A stretch of 63,254 nt of DNA, the filler included, from Lenisia limosa (Eukaryota; Protista; Breviatea), in the NCBI GenBank assembly GCA_001655205.1. It is 14 parts of 14 records of this genome, joined end to end, with 100 filler letters (N's around TTAATTAATTAA, not from the genome) between each part and the next. Parts side by side here need not be neighbours in the genome. Positions count along the whole stretch, not along the records: positions 1 to 2,263 come from LPNZ01001156.1; positions 2,364 to 5,188 come from LPNZ01007423.1; positions 5,289 to 13,418 come from LPNZ01005442.1; 11 more parts are not named here. The stretch is one strand, 5' to 3'. The position numbers and the translations under genes were made by a program. Within the stretch, counting starts at the first letter, position 1. Every line of letters begins with the position of its first letter. Under the pieces are notes generated by a model that worked only from the letters and a program-made list of their open reading frames with translations, had not been told where the DNA came from and did not search any database. Of the stretch, positions 1 through 11,611 are shown piece after piece.

Positions 1-1912
1 TCACCTTCCATTAGTCAGTGAATCGGCCAAGAAAAGCGGATCATCTTCATGTCGAACCATAATTTGGGTGATCTTAAGATCTACCGGGTTGCTTGTGTTG
101 GTGGGCATGGTGTACTTCCTGGAGAGGAAACACAATTGTTAATTCTTCATCTTACTCATAAATGGCGGCGCTCCACTTGTTTTCACTTGAGCATCCTTCA
201 CCTAAAAGGGTTATATTTATGTCACTTAGAACAGTTGAAAGCAAAAGACCAAAACAAGAACAAAAGGAAGTAAACAAAGACTCACCTCCGTATTTAGTGC
301 TGAGAGCCACAGTTTCACCACTCAGTGACACCTTGACGCAGATCTCCTTAAGGACTCCAGGAGTAGTACATGACCCAGTTGTCTCATAAGTACCACCTAC
401 TGAGGTTAACAAACTCCCATTTAGGCACAACAGACCTTTTTCAGCGCAAACAGTTGAGCAAAGAGGGTCATTTTTGCTACTACTACTACTACTACTGCTG
501 CTGCTTCTTGAGCGTTGATCTTCAACTGTTCAGTTAGCCACTACTCTCCCTTCTTATCTTTTTAGTGGAGAAGTCCAAAAAAAGCTCACCATTAACATCA
601 TCCGAACCGACAACGGGCATTTCATCACGGCGGCGACTAGTTCGGCAATCCCCAAGCTCGTAGTATATCTTGTCAAAGAAAGGGTAGCTGAAGGAAAGGG
701 CTGAAGTTTCGTTGGCAAGTCCTCTGCGTGAAAAGTTGAATGAGTTGATTACCTACATTGTTAAGAGAAGTTTGTTGACAAGAGATAACTATTTCTAAGA
801 ATGGCACCCACATCCTCAATTGGTCGCTCCTCGCCAGCATAGGCTGAAAGAGTGTACTCAAATTTAGCTACAACATTAGAACACTCCCAGTGACGAGGTC
901 AATAGATTTACAATAAACCTACGGGTATCAGCAGCAACTACGTTCTTGATAGAAATCATGTTTCTGAGAAATCAGAGCTAGCACAGAAAAAAGTGAACAG
1001 TCTACAGTTACCCTAAGACTCACGAGTGGTACTTCAGAGCCTTGAAGGTGTCCACATCATCAGCAATCTCAATCTGGGCGTCTGTTGCCTCATCAGAAGC
1101 CAGTTGATATGGGCTGGAATATTACATACTTAGAGGGAATGGAAAGAGAGTGTTCAAGTTCTAATGCACTTTATTCAATAGCCACTGTGAAAAATCTTGT
1201 AACATACGTGGAAGCTTGACCGTCATAAATGTGTGTCTTGACGAAGGCAGGGCGGGATGTTGCAGTCCAGGCCTGAACATGCGTGTTGTATCTAGGGGAT
1301 CATTGGTGGCTGACACACGTTAAGGCAAAGTAGAGAAACGAGAAGAAAGAAAAAAAAAAAACAATACACTTGAAAAAAACAAAATGCTATCCAATGATAC
1401 ACCGTTGCCTGAATGTCTGAGGATCCAAGTTAGGGAACACACAACTATTTCATGGTTCCCCTGCATACTCTTCAAGCTTGTCGCCACGAGGGTCGGTAAG
1501 TGCACTGAAAGAGATAAGAGAATTATTGACTCTGAACAAAAACACCACGCCCCTCCCACATAAGGAACACAATTATACCAATGAGAATCAAACATGGCCC
1601 ACAGCAGACGCAGCAGCAACTACAGAATAAGAAAATTAGAGAGTCAAGCCGTTGCACAGGTTGTAAAAAAACCTCGGCGAAATTTGGAACAAGATATCCG
1701 CCTGTTTTTACTTCCCTTCCAATTCTAATTCCAAGAGATTGATACTTTTAAATAGCCTTTAAAAATCAAATAATTTGGCCGAAGAGCTGCCAGGCTTACA
1801 AGCAACGGGCGGCTTGCGACGTGTCTATTCAGTAAATGAGCAATCAAAAAAAGCAAAACATACCATTGTTGCTGCCACATTGGCAACCACTACTATTTCC
1901 TCCTTCACACAT
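1..1912 (-). CDS. Uncharacterised membrane protein: Cys cluster, N-terminal TM helix, Cys-containing ectodomain; 3' end truncated
   Basis: About 11 GT-AG exons splice in consistent phase to MCEGGNSSGCQCGSNNDTSQAARCFCCCVCCGPCLILIGIIVFLIALTDPRGDKLEEYNTHVQAW...LKEICVKVSLSGETVALSTKYGGEGCSSENKWSAAIYEKYTMP...VRHEDDPLFLADSLTNG. Family not recognised. Confidence 0.75.
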
Positions 1913-2263
1913 GGTTAAACAGAAAAAGGGAAGGGAAGGAGGCCTCAGGGCAAGGAGAAACCAAGCCTTGTGTGATGTTTTGACTGGTTGCTCACGTCTT
2001 CTAGCTCACGTTTTATTTTAAATTTTTTTTTTTAATACAAGTTGTTGTTCCTCGTCAGGTTTTGGTCGTTTAGTTTGGAGATTTCCAAGAGATTTCAGAA
2101 GATTTTGCTTTTGTGAAATAAATCCTGGGTGATCATATACCCAATTGTTAGCGGGCGTGGTGGCCCGGATGTCTCCGGGGTGCGCCCGATATTCCTGGAT
2201 TCCTGTGTTCGGGGTGGAATACTAATTTTCGTGAGTGGAGGCCCTTGCTGCTATCCAGGCTGA

Positions 2264-2363
2264 NNNNNNNNNNNNNNNNNNNNNNNNNNNNNNNNNNNNN
2301 NNNNNNNTTAATTAATTAANNNNNNNNNNNNNNNNNNNNNNNNNNNNNNNNNNNNNNNNNNNN
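2264..2363. other. Artificial scaffold spacer (first of 13; others start at 5189, 13419, 15923, 18445, 20392, 25682, 32989, 36253, 39350, 43864, 47480, 51549)
   Basis: 44 N + TTAATTAATTAA (stops in all six frames) + 44 N = 100 bp, the same layout each time. Confidence 0.97.
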
Positions 2364-5165
2364 AGCCACTTCGGAAGGGCTTAGCATGAAGGTGGAAGAA
2401 GAGACTGAGGGACAGGAGAATGGACGCTACGCAAATTTGGACTTGTGGCGTTTTAGTCAGGAACAGAATCACGGCCACAACCGTCAGCTTCCGAACCATA
2501 ACCACAAATTCCCAGTAGGAGTAACGGGTGTGGTAGCTATGGGGGGTCAGATCAAACATTATATCATCTCTAATATTATAGTATGATTTTATTAAATATG
2601 AAAAATGTATCCTCCTCTCCGAACCGGGCATAGACAAAGCCGAAGACGGAGTATCTCTTGTCGGAGTAAGGGTCGGACATGGCCCATCGCACTCCCGCCA
2701 GGGTCATAATCGGCACCAAAATGACGAAGAAAATAACAGCAGCCTAGAATGTCAGTTAAACAGCAAAAAATATCGACAGCTCCTTGATAAATTGTCTTAC
2801 CATCATCATCATCATCATCAACAACACCAACATCGTCATCATCATCACCATCAACACCAACATCATCATCACCACCATCAACACTACCGCCATCATCATC
2901 AACACCATCAACACCATCATCAACACCACCACCATCATCATCATGATCACCACCACCACTACCATTATCATGATCACCACCATCATCATCAACACCATCA
3001 CCATCATCACCCCCCCCCNNNNNNNNNNNNNNNNNNNNNNNNNNNNNNNNNNNNNNNNNNNNNNNNNNNNNNNNNNNNNNNNNNNNNNNNNNNNNCAGAG
3101 GGCGCTGCATCCAGAGCGTAGGTCCCGTCTCCTTGCTGGGGTGTAAGTGGGGCTTCACTTTGTTTCAAAAAAAGACTGACTTTATCGATAAATCGTCAAA
3201 AACTATCGATATTTCCCCGAGTTTTTCGAATCGAAGTGAAACAATACTTCTACATGCAGTGTGTATAAAACCTAGTTTTGTTTACTACTAAATAAAGCTG
3301 TACTTCATGCATAAAAATCCTACTTTTTCATTTCTCCTAATATGATACTTCTTCATAGATAAATCCTAGTTTTTCATTTCTCATAACTGAATCTATCTTC
3401 TATTTTCAGAATAATAAGTAAAGCGCGTAAACTTCATGATGACCCCCCCCCCCCACANNNNNNNNNNNNNNNNNNNNNNNNNNNNNNNNNNNNNNNNNNN
3501 NNNNNNNNNNNNNNNNNNNNNNNNNNNNNNNNNNNNNNNNNNNNNNNNNNNNNNNNNNNNNCAGGTAGAAGAGAATGATGATGTTCTGAGGGAGTGAAAT
3601 TGGAAAATTTATGAAGCAAAAAAAATAACCCCAAAAATGTGTATGAAGGTAAGTTTTTGTGGGTAAGAGATGTTTATCCCTCTAGACCTCCTATTTTCCT
3701 CCTTCTTTCTCTTTACCTCTCCTTGCTCTATCGTGACATCCAGGTTGAATTTAACTCAGCTCTTCATTCAGAATCAGCCCCATTGAATATGTTCATGACT
3801 AAATATATCCTATTGCCTCGCACTCAACCCCCCCCCCCNNNNNNNNNNNNNNNNNNNCATACATATAATTATACTTTGTATAAAAAAAACCGCCATCCCC
3901 CCTCCCTCCCTCTACTTACCACAATGGTTCGTATCACGGCGTATTTGAGGTGCAAAACGTCGTCGTCGGTATACGGGGTCGATACTCTCCACCAAACGCG
4001 ACCGATAACGTTGGAGATCACTTGAGGCGGTTGTCTGGTTTGTGAGAAAGAAAAGGATAAAAAGAAAAAGAGAAAATAGGACAAAGAGAAAGAGAAAAAG
4101 AAATAGAGAAAGAGCAAAAGAGAAAAAAGAGAAAAAAGAGAAAAAGGTAGAAGATATTTTCATTGGAGATCACTTGTGGGGGTTGGCTAGAATTCTAAAA
4201 GAGAAAAAGAGAAAAAGAGAAAAAGAGAAAGAGAAAAAGAGAAAAAGAGAAAAAGAGAAAAAGAGAAAAAGAGAAAAAGAGAAAAAGAGAAAAGAGAAAA
4301 AGAGAAACAAATAGAGAAAAGAAATAGAGAAAAAGAAAATGAGAAAACGAGAACAAGATACAAAGAAAAAGAGAAAAGAAAAAGAGAAAAGAAAAAGGGG
4401 AAAACAGAAAAAAGAGACAAAGAAGTAGGGCTCATAATCCATGACACGAGACAAGCCAGGTCGTAGAGGACCACAATTAATAATAATCTTCATTCTCCCA
4501 CACAACAACAAATATAATGTATACTATAATGAATGATTAAAAATACATGTTTATCATATCGAGAATATATTATACAATAATATGATATGATATGTTACGA
4601 TATTAAACGCTCATACATGTTTATTATATTGATATGCATATAATATGAAATATATTATGTACTTTTTATTATACTATAATACTAAGCACTCACGTTTGTG
4701 GTTCCTTCCCAGCCATAATGAGAAGCCATGACACGAGACGAGCCAGGCCGTAGAGGACCACAATGAAGAGCGAGGAAACAACAGGGAAAACGAGTTTCAT
4801 AGTAAACTAGAAGAAATAAGTAGAGTCAATTGGAAGAGATGAGCGAATAAGCTATTTTCTTTTGTAAACCAGAAATGGCGAGCGGAGAATTGCAAAAACT
4901 ATTGTAAAGCGGGAGAGTAGGCGGATTAATAAGATATGAGTGAGTGAATTAATGAGTTTCAGAGTAAACTAGAAGAGTGATAAACTGGAAGCGTGAGTGA
5001 ATAAGCTATTTTTTTCATTTTCTTTCCCCATAGAATTAGAGATGAGTGAAATACTTGAGGGAATAAAGTTCTCAGAAGGATAAATTGCCCCTCCCCTCCC
5101 CCACCCTTTCGTAATAGGAGAAATTTCGGCCAATAGCACATTCCGGGGCTGCCAGCTCAACTGAA
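2364..5165 (-). CDS. Fragment of a protist multi-pass membrane protein (TRP-like/7TM C-terminal domain type)
   Basis: Exons ELAAPECAIGRNFSYYER|FTMKLVFPVVSSLFIVVLYGLARLVSWLL..., QGDGTYALDAAP, AAVIFFVILVPIMTLAGV...FGFVYAR|YHTRYSYWEFVVMVRKLTVVAVILF...QICVASILLSLSLFFHLHAKPF. The YWExVxMxRKL...HxxxxPF signature is typical of this family. Confidence 0.75.
2800..3018. repeat. Intronic (CAT/CAC/CAA)n compound microsatellite; similar tract at about 51257-51460
   Basis: Degenerate trinucleotide repeat inside an intron of the minus-strand membrane gene. It produces spurious poly-His/Ile/Met ORFs. Confidence 0.9.
3150..3243. mobile_element. ~96-bp palindromic MITE, family M1 subtype A
   Basis: GGGCTTCACTTTGTTTCAAAAAAAGAC...ATCGATA...TTTTTCGAATCGAAGTGAA, similar to the 16504 copy. 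Confidence 0.8.
4045..4425. repeat. Intronic A/G-rich (GAGAAAAA-like) low-complexity repeat
   Basis: Long imperfect AAAAGAG/GAGAAAAA run, interrupted at about 4160-4197. Confidence 0.9.
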
Positions 5166-5309
5166 GAGTTAATAAATATAATGTATTANNNNNNNNNNNN
5201 NNNNNNNNNNNNNNNNNNNNNNNNNNNNNNNNTTAATTAATTAANNNNNNNNNNNNNNNNNNNNNNNNNNNNNNNNNNNNNNNNNNNNGATCCCGAAAAA
5301 TGGAGGTCA

Positions 5310-7925
5310 ATGTCTTCTTTTACTACAATGGATTCTGCCTCAAACTATTCATTTAAAATCCCTCACTCTTCTTTTTTGGAATCTTATGCAAGGTATGTTT
5401 CACTGGTGGATGAGTGCATCAGAGAGAAAAAAGCTATCAGTGGTCGCTTTCAACTTATTAATCTGAAAGTTGGAAGGAAGCCAATCTCTGAAAAGTCAAA
5501 GAAGGTTGTGATTGATGTTACCAAAGGATTAAAGCAGGTATGTCTTTCTTTCTTTTTTCACAATTTAGAATGGACTGAAACCCCATTTATCATTGGTTTT
5601 GAGAAAACTAAAGGAGTCTGATGAAACTGGTCGGGGGTCATTAACCTTTGTAAGACAACAACTCAAGAAGCTTGTTAATCCTTCTAACCTTGACATTAAT
5701 AGGCAAAGGTCAACCCAAGTAAGCGCTACGGTATATCACTCACTAATTCTTTAGCCGGAGAGCTGTATTCCATGTGCTCGAACTTGGAATTCCACCAATC
5801 GTATACAAAGAGCATTTATTATATTAATGTCAACAAACTTAACACAAATGATTCTTTAAAAAAAGACAAGGAAGCAGTGCGTACATTTATGGTTGAAAGA
5901 ACCAAAGAACATATTATATCTCGACATCTCTCAATTTATCGCCATCTCTATGACAATCAACTCGATCTTGGTTTGCGGTCAATATGTTTTGACACGTTCT
6001 GTAGCTACCCAGTCTTTCGACTCCGTACTTGATCCTATATATTCAAAGTTTATTCCTGCTGCCAACAAGTCTTTGGGGCTGGACAAAACTTCAGAGACTC
6101 AACAAAAATCGGTATGAAGAGGTTTTATGTGTTCTTGACGTTTTTAGCTCTTAGATCAAAAGCTATCTCGCGCAGAAGCACGTTGTTATACTGAAAATGC
6201 AGTGGATTTACTTTCTGACTCAATTGCTAATTATGAAGTGGACAACAATCGTGTCATGATGTTTGATGAAATCGCTTTTATGTGTGGTAAGTGGAAGGAC
6301 GTAAAAAATAAACCTCTTGCATCTGCTGTTTCTATTTCTTCACTTTCTGGTCAAGTAATTGGGTCCCCAATTATAGTTGGTGGTGAATACTGTCTTTCAA
6401 AGGCGCAAAGTCGTGGTGCTGTTTTGTTCAATCCTCCTCCAATCCCTAAATGCTTTGGATTAAACGACATTATGAAAGAAATGATTGAAATTGTCAATCT
6501 GATCACTCACCGAAAAACATGTTTAGAGCTTCTGAAGAAACAATTCAAATTGCAAGGAGATATGGAATGCATGTCATTGGTATCAATTTAAGTGCTTACT
6601 TTTCAACTGAAGCGTTTATGATGGGAATGCACATGATGGCAAAATCTTACAATTCTTCGCCAAGCAGTCCTATTGTCGCTATTGGAGACAATGCAAGAAT
6701 CCATGTTACACCGCAAGTATGAGGAATTATCTTAGGCTCACCATCAAGGTACAAAGTACTCTTTTCTTGAGAGATGGAATAATTTTGGCGACTGAACCTC
6801 CATTTACGTCTCATTTTCTCCAGGTAAGAACTGGGATAGAATCTTGGGTAAAGGGCCACAAATACGAGAACAATGATGGACAAACGGCCACGGATATGGG
6901 GATTATGATTGGCAAGGGGTTTATGGTTCTTGGGATATTTAAACACAATTAATCCACAGCCCTTGGTGACATTCTTAGGTTGGTGACAGCTATTATCATG
7001 CAAAAGTTAATTGGAAACAACAATCAGAAGTTGATAAGTTCCTTGCATCTGATTCTCGAAAGTCAGTTGTCTCCTCATTTTTCACTATTTAGGGACATGA
7101 AAGAAAACATAGTATTTGAAATTGTGGCCAAAGCACTCAGAGAACCTTCATTTAAAACAATTGANNNNNNNNNNTTGTGGCTACACATCAACTGGTTTTA
7201 ATCCCAATCATGTCAAAATTGAGAAATATCATCAAGGTTGTATGTGCCCCTCAACGGATGCGTATCCAAAGATCACTTTTCAATATCTCAACGCTTTGTT
7301 TAACCCAACAAATTTGAATGCACCAACTGAGGCCCCAAATTTATATCTTCCAGTTCCAGGAAATCCAGAGTTTTTGGAAAAGCCATCAATGTCTGAAACA
7401 ATTGAATTTAAGCAGTCCATGCAAATAATAAAGGGCGAGGATTTGTCAGCAGATCAGGCAATCACGTATCAAACTTAGAAGCGATCCTCGTGTTGAAGAT
7501 CTCACACAAGAAAAAGTTTCTTATTTGGAAGGTGCAGCTGCAGGACTATCAGTTGTTGCACTTCGTGACCCATCTATTTTTGAAAAACTACCCATCTTGA
7601 CAACCTCTCTTTCTCCAGAATATGCAGAGATTCTTGAAGACGCTGTTAAATACGTCTCCAAAATTGGGCCTTCGTGTGATTTGGTATTAAAGCCAGTTCA
7701 ATTTTTTGTTTTGGAAAAGGGGGAAAGTGCCGCGATCCTGCATCCTGGTCAGGTATGTCTCTTTTTTTTTTTTTGATTATTTTAAAATTAATTGTTTAGG
7801 TAATTGCAAACACAAGTGAGTTGAAAAGTGATAGGGTGAAGAAAAAGGCGAATCAAGGAGGGTTGATCAGTCCTAATGCAGTGACTGTGACAAATTTGAG
7901 AAAACATGCCAAAAAAAGAAGTTAA
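5310..7925 (+). pseudogene. Large multi-exon hypothetical gene with very short introns and apparent frameshifts; weak JmjC-like segments near the 3' end
   Basis: Long open segments joined by 31-47 nt GT-AG introns (e.g. 5538-5568, 6113-6148, 7753-7799). Segments KGHKYENNDG..MGIMIGKG and PVQFFVLEKGESAAILHPGQV loosely recall JmjC motifs. Frame breaks near 6590, 6720 and 7470. Confidence 0.5.
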
Positions 7926-8339
7926 TAACAGTTTACATGCATATTTTCACCCTCTCTTTTATCGTGTTTTGTCTTTTTTGGTGTTGAAAGCGCTCTTACC
8001 TCAGTGTACAAAAAAAGGTATCATATTTGTTTAAACCAAGAGAACTATTGTAATTTTTCAAAAAAAAAACTTAATCTAGAGGTATTTTGGGAAAATCTCA
8101 AAACCGTCGGAGTTTATCAAAAGCGTCGGGGTTTCTGCGCCTGAGCATATGTAGGGGATTTCAACATTTAAAAAATGTTTCATTATCACTGGCCAACCTC
8201 TATTGCGCCCTGCTCCAGATGTGGTGTTTTGAAGTTCAGTGACCTTCGAAGATGATGGGGAAGTTACCTAATGACAGGTCAATCTCAACACGCAATGTTG
8301 TGACAAGTAATAATGTTCTTCTCTGAACTATGCAATATC

Positions 8340-9175
8340 TTGATAACTAGGAGTGAGAAAACAAAAAGACCGGAAGTGGTCATATAACATTTTAAATTCA
8401 AGATAACAACACCAAAATCCAACCTTTAGAGCATGGCGAAAAGTATCACCCCAGCCACCGACAGTAACAAAGTAGAGACCTGTTTGTATAAATGACTCAT
8501 GAAGAACTTAGAAGTAATTCCCAACCGTAATTTCAAAAAAGTAAAATAGTACTCACCATCAGAAGGAGCAGTAAATGTTGCGTCCACGATATTACTAGAG
8601 GCTCCGGCACAACGTACATTTCTAAGTAACATCAGATAACCCAAACTAATTGTATGTAGCAAGACAACTTTATCAGTAACATCACCCACGTAACAGCAGT
8701 GGTGGCATAGAGACCATCAGTAGCACTACCTGTGTTGACAACTTGCATGCAGTCAAACCGGTCTAACAGGGTGAGATTATCATGTTGTGAATCAAATATG
8801 AATATAAGTGAAACCCCTCAAAAACCTAATTCATCAGTTCCTGAAAGAAGAACAGTGTTAATTCCAATATAGTCTGCATCTGTGTAGTACTTGTGTGTCA
8901 GAACCTAATTTAGTGAGTGATGAATGTATTTTGACTGTTTTACATAAAACGACATCACGAAAAGAAAGAGAAAAACATGAAGGTATACATTCTCCCTGTT
9001 CACCTCATCTTTTTGAAGATATGCAACGCTAGACCGGGCTGGATTATGAAACAACAATCTGTGAAGCACAAGTATGATATTGCCAATATAATTACTCAAA
9101 ATGGTGAATGCTTACAGACACGGTCATAAGGTGTACCCCCTGGGTACAAGTCTAAATACTGTGAATCAGCCTGCT
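8340..9175 (-). CDS. Multi-exon hypothetical protein (fragment)
   Basis: Phase-compatible exons VLTHKYYTDADYIGINTVLLSGTDEL|DRFDCMQVVNTGSATDGLYATTAVT|NVRCAGASSNIVDATFTAPSD|GLYFVTVGGWGDTFRHALK. Ends uncertain. Confidence 0.5.
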
Positions 9176-9499
9176 GAGTCAGTTTGAATGAACATATAGT
9201 ATATGTAATTCATAATATATGCGTCAGTTCAAAATTCGGGTTTTTTGCATTCGGGTTTCTTTTTTGGAAAAAAAAAATCCATCAAAAACAAAAAAGTGTC
9301 TAATATCGTAACAGATTGTAAAATGAACTGAACTATGGTCACCCCCCCCCCTCTTTGTGCAGTNNNNNNNNNNNNNNNNNNNNNNNNNNNNNNNNNNNNN
9401 NNNNNNNNNNNNNNNNNNNNNNNNNNNNNNNNNNNNNNNNNNNNNNNNNNNNNNNNNNNNNNNNNNNNNNNNNNNNNNNNNNNNNNNNNNNNNNNNNNG

Positions 9500-9885
9500 A
9501 ATATGCCCAATGACCTCAAGGAGATCTACGTTCGTTGGCAATGTGAACAAATTGAGGCTGACAAGGCCATTGCAGAATCAACAGGAGTACGTTGGCTAGA
9601 TTTTGTGTTGCGTTCATATCTTACTGTGATAACTTTCATCAGGAAAAGTTTGTCTTCAAAAAATATGCAAAGTACATTCCACCTATCAGACATGGAGAGG
9701 TTGAAGGTGCCAATATATAACAACTTTGACAAAGGCTTGGAAAAGGCACTGTGCTGGTAAGGACATTCGATTATCTTAATTGTTACAGGAAAGTCAAAAT
9801 TGAGGATAGACCGCCCAGGTCCTAAAACTAGCAAACAGCTTAAGGAATCAGTCAGCAGATGTTCAGCGTCTGCATTCGGTTTGCG
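9500..9885 (+). CDS. Hypothetical protein fragment
   Basis: Open coding-like frame after a gap (NMPNDLKEIYVRWQCEQIEADKAIAESTGVRWLDFVLRSYL...KALCW), ending at a GTAAGG donor. Confidence 0.4.
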
Positions 9886-10183
9886 GTATTGTTTTATAAT
9901 AGTTTTTGAGAGGAATTACAATGGATTCTGGAACCGTCAAGAGATTAGCAAGAAATAAGTCAATAAAAATTAAGAGGACCACGGCCTTCAACATCAAAAA
10001 AGAGGTCATTGATGATAAATCTAAAATGGAACCAGATAGACAACGGCAGTGCCAGGTTTGTGTGTTTTGATATATTAACTCTTTTTAGCCAGAGAGGACT
10101 GCTAAAATTGGATGAATTTTCAACCAACTTCTCAGGGCATATAACTTTATTACAAGTGCAGTTCCTCCTACAANNNNNNNNNN

Positions 10184-10500
10184 TATACCAGACTCGCAAT
10201 CTCCATAATACGTATATATACATAAGTATTATGGAGATTGCGAGTCTGGTATATTTGGAAACCAGGATTGCAGTGTCAGGAGGACAACCATGTCAATTGT
10301 GTTTGCGGCTTGAAAACCCCAGAACACCTACCCTTCATGGAGCCCTATTGTACATTGAAAACATAAAGAGCGTAGTTTAGGAATTGACCTGGGATGAGGA
10401 GGGTGGGGCTCAAAAATTTCAAAAGAGGAATTGTAATTTTATTTTGTGAATCAAATATCCGACGAATGAACTAGTCTCTGAACCTATTTACGATTACAAT
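10184..10500. repeat. Dispersed repeat (reverse-complement copy at about 33225-33445) preceded by a perfect 27-bp hairpin
   Basis: TATACCAGACTCGCAATCTCCATAATA (10184-10210) is inverted at 10227-10253. The downstream sequence (GACAACCATGTCA...GAAAACCCCAGAACACCTACCC...AAAATTTCAAAAGAGGAATTGTAATTTTATTTTGTGAATCAAAT) recurs inverted in S9. Confidence 0.8.
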
Positions 10501-10612
10501 TGTAAATCAGCTATATTTTAACATTACTGGTGACATAATTACTGTCAATCAGCTTGAAAATTGTTTTGCAGTTGGAGAATAGGAAATTTTGGAGGCTAAC
10601 CAACTTACCCCA

Positions 10613-10860
10613 AAATAGAGATCCCAATCTGAATTTCTTTTCATAAATCCTTCAACCCATCTGTCGGTAAAATTTGGAACAGCGGTATTAGGATAAATCC
10701 GAGAATAGAGCTCTTCACCCTAAAGGAAATATGGTAACGACACAACCATCCTTCTTAATTAAATCAGCTTTTGTAAATGTAACATTATTAAAGGCATCCA
10801 GTAAGAGCTCTGATATTAAATAGACCTGATCACCACTTTTTTTGGGTGAAATACCCATGT
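10613..10860 (-). mobile_element. CENP-B/Tc5-type helix-turn-helix fragment (pogo-family transposase DNA-binding region)
   Basis: Exon GEELYSRIYPNTAVPNFTDRWVEGFMKRNSDWDLYFG, bounded by TTTAG and GTAAGT, resembles the pogo/Fot1 F..xWxxxFxKR motif. Confidence 0.5.
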
Positions 10861-11209
10861 CCAATTTGAGATATTTATTAACTGCCCCAACTGAGATTCC
10901 AAAAATTGTGAAAGATCCGACTGAAACATTTTTCCCCCTCTGAGCTGGCTAACAACTTTGATCTTGTTAGAAATAAACACAACTTTGTCGGTAAAAATGC
11001 TGTGAATACGATTGGAAATCAATCTTTCTTGCGGAGGTCCAAGCCCATTTTGGTACACTAAAAATAGCAGTTTAAGAAAAAAAGTCTGCAGACTCTTATT
11101 CTTTAAGGCTGGTCGTGACGTCGAGTCATCTTATATATGTCTGATAATCTTTCAGGAAAGGTTCAGCAGTATTCTACCACAATATTTGACACAATGACTA
11201 TGTAAAGTT

Positions 11210-11611
11210 CATCCAAAACTGTATATGAAGTCGATGAAACTTTCAACGACGCCTCAGGTGGGAAATCTGTGAAAGTTCTCAGAAGAAGGGACTGTTCAGA
11301 TGGATTTACTAAAGCAATTGGAAACATACCACGTTGATGGGTGGAGGAATGTGAGTTTTGCAAATCTGAGGTTTTCACTCATTTTCTAGGACGGATGGTT
11401 CAAGATTATAACCGATGATTATTCTGGTTAAACAAAAGGCAACTAATGAAGAACTTCAGGCCGCTGCTGACTATGGTGCTGAATTGGTCTTTGGACCAAA
11501 AGGGTGGATGGTAGGTATTTTTCATTAGTTTACCCATTAGTGCACTGATACCTTTTATCATTGGGTTATCAAAATATCAATTCCTTACGTGAAAGCATGG
11601 AGGTATGCAGG
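11210..11611 (+). mobile_element. Degenerate pogo/Tc5 (DDE_1) transposase fragment with introns
   Basis: Splices to KTVYEVDETFNDASEEG...DGWRN|DGWFKIIPMIILVKQK...FGPKGWM|CTDTFYHWVIKISIPYVKAW. This matches the pogo DET, G.KL.P.II.K and GWM...F..W motifs. There is an in-frame TAA upstream and no later catalytic D residues were found. Confidence 0.6.

Noticed and set aside
2756-3146. Poly-His, poly-Ile and poly-Met ORFs (also 51257-51460)
   Set aside because: Translations of an intronic CAT/CAC microsatellite.
3869-4511. Lys/Arg/Glu-rich and Phe/Ser-rich ORFs
   Set aside because: Produced by the A/G low-complexity tract; only the 3930-4040 portion is a real exon.
11195-11212. In-frame TAA in S3 suggesting TAA/TAG reassigned to Gln
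   Set aside because: An isolated case. Other S3 breaks are frameshifts that readthrough would not fix, and eIF3d and IMPA end in TAA.
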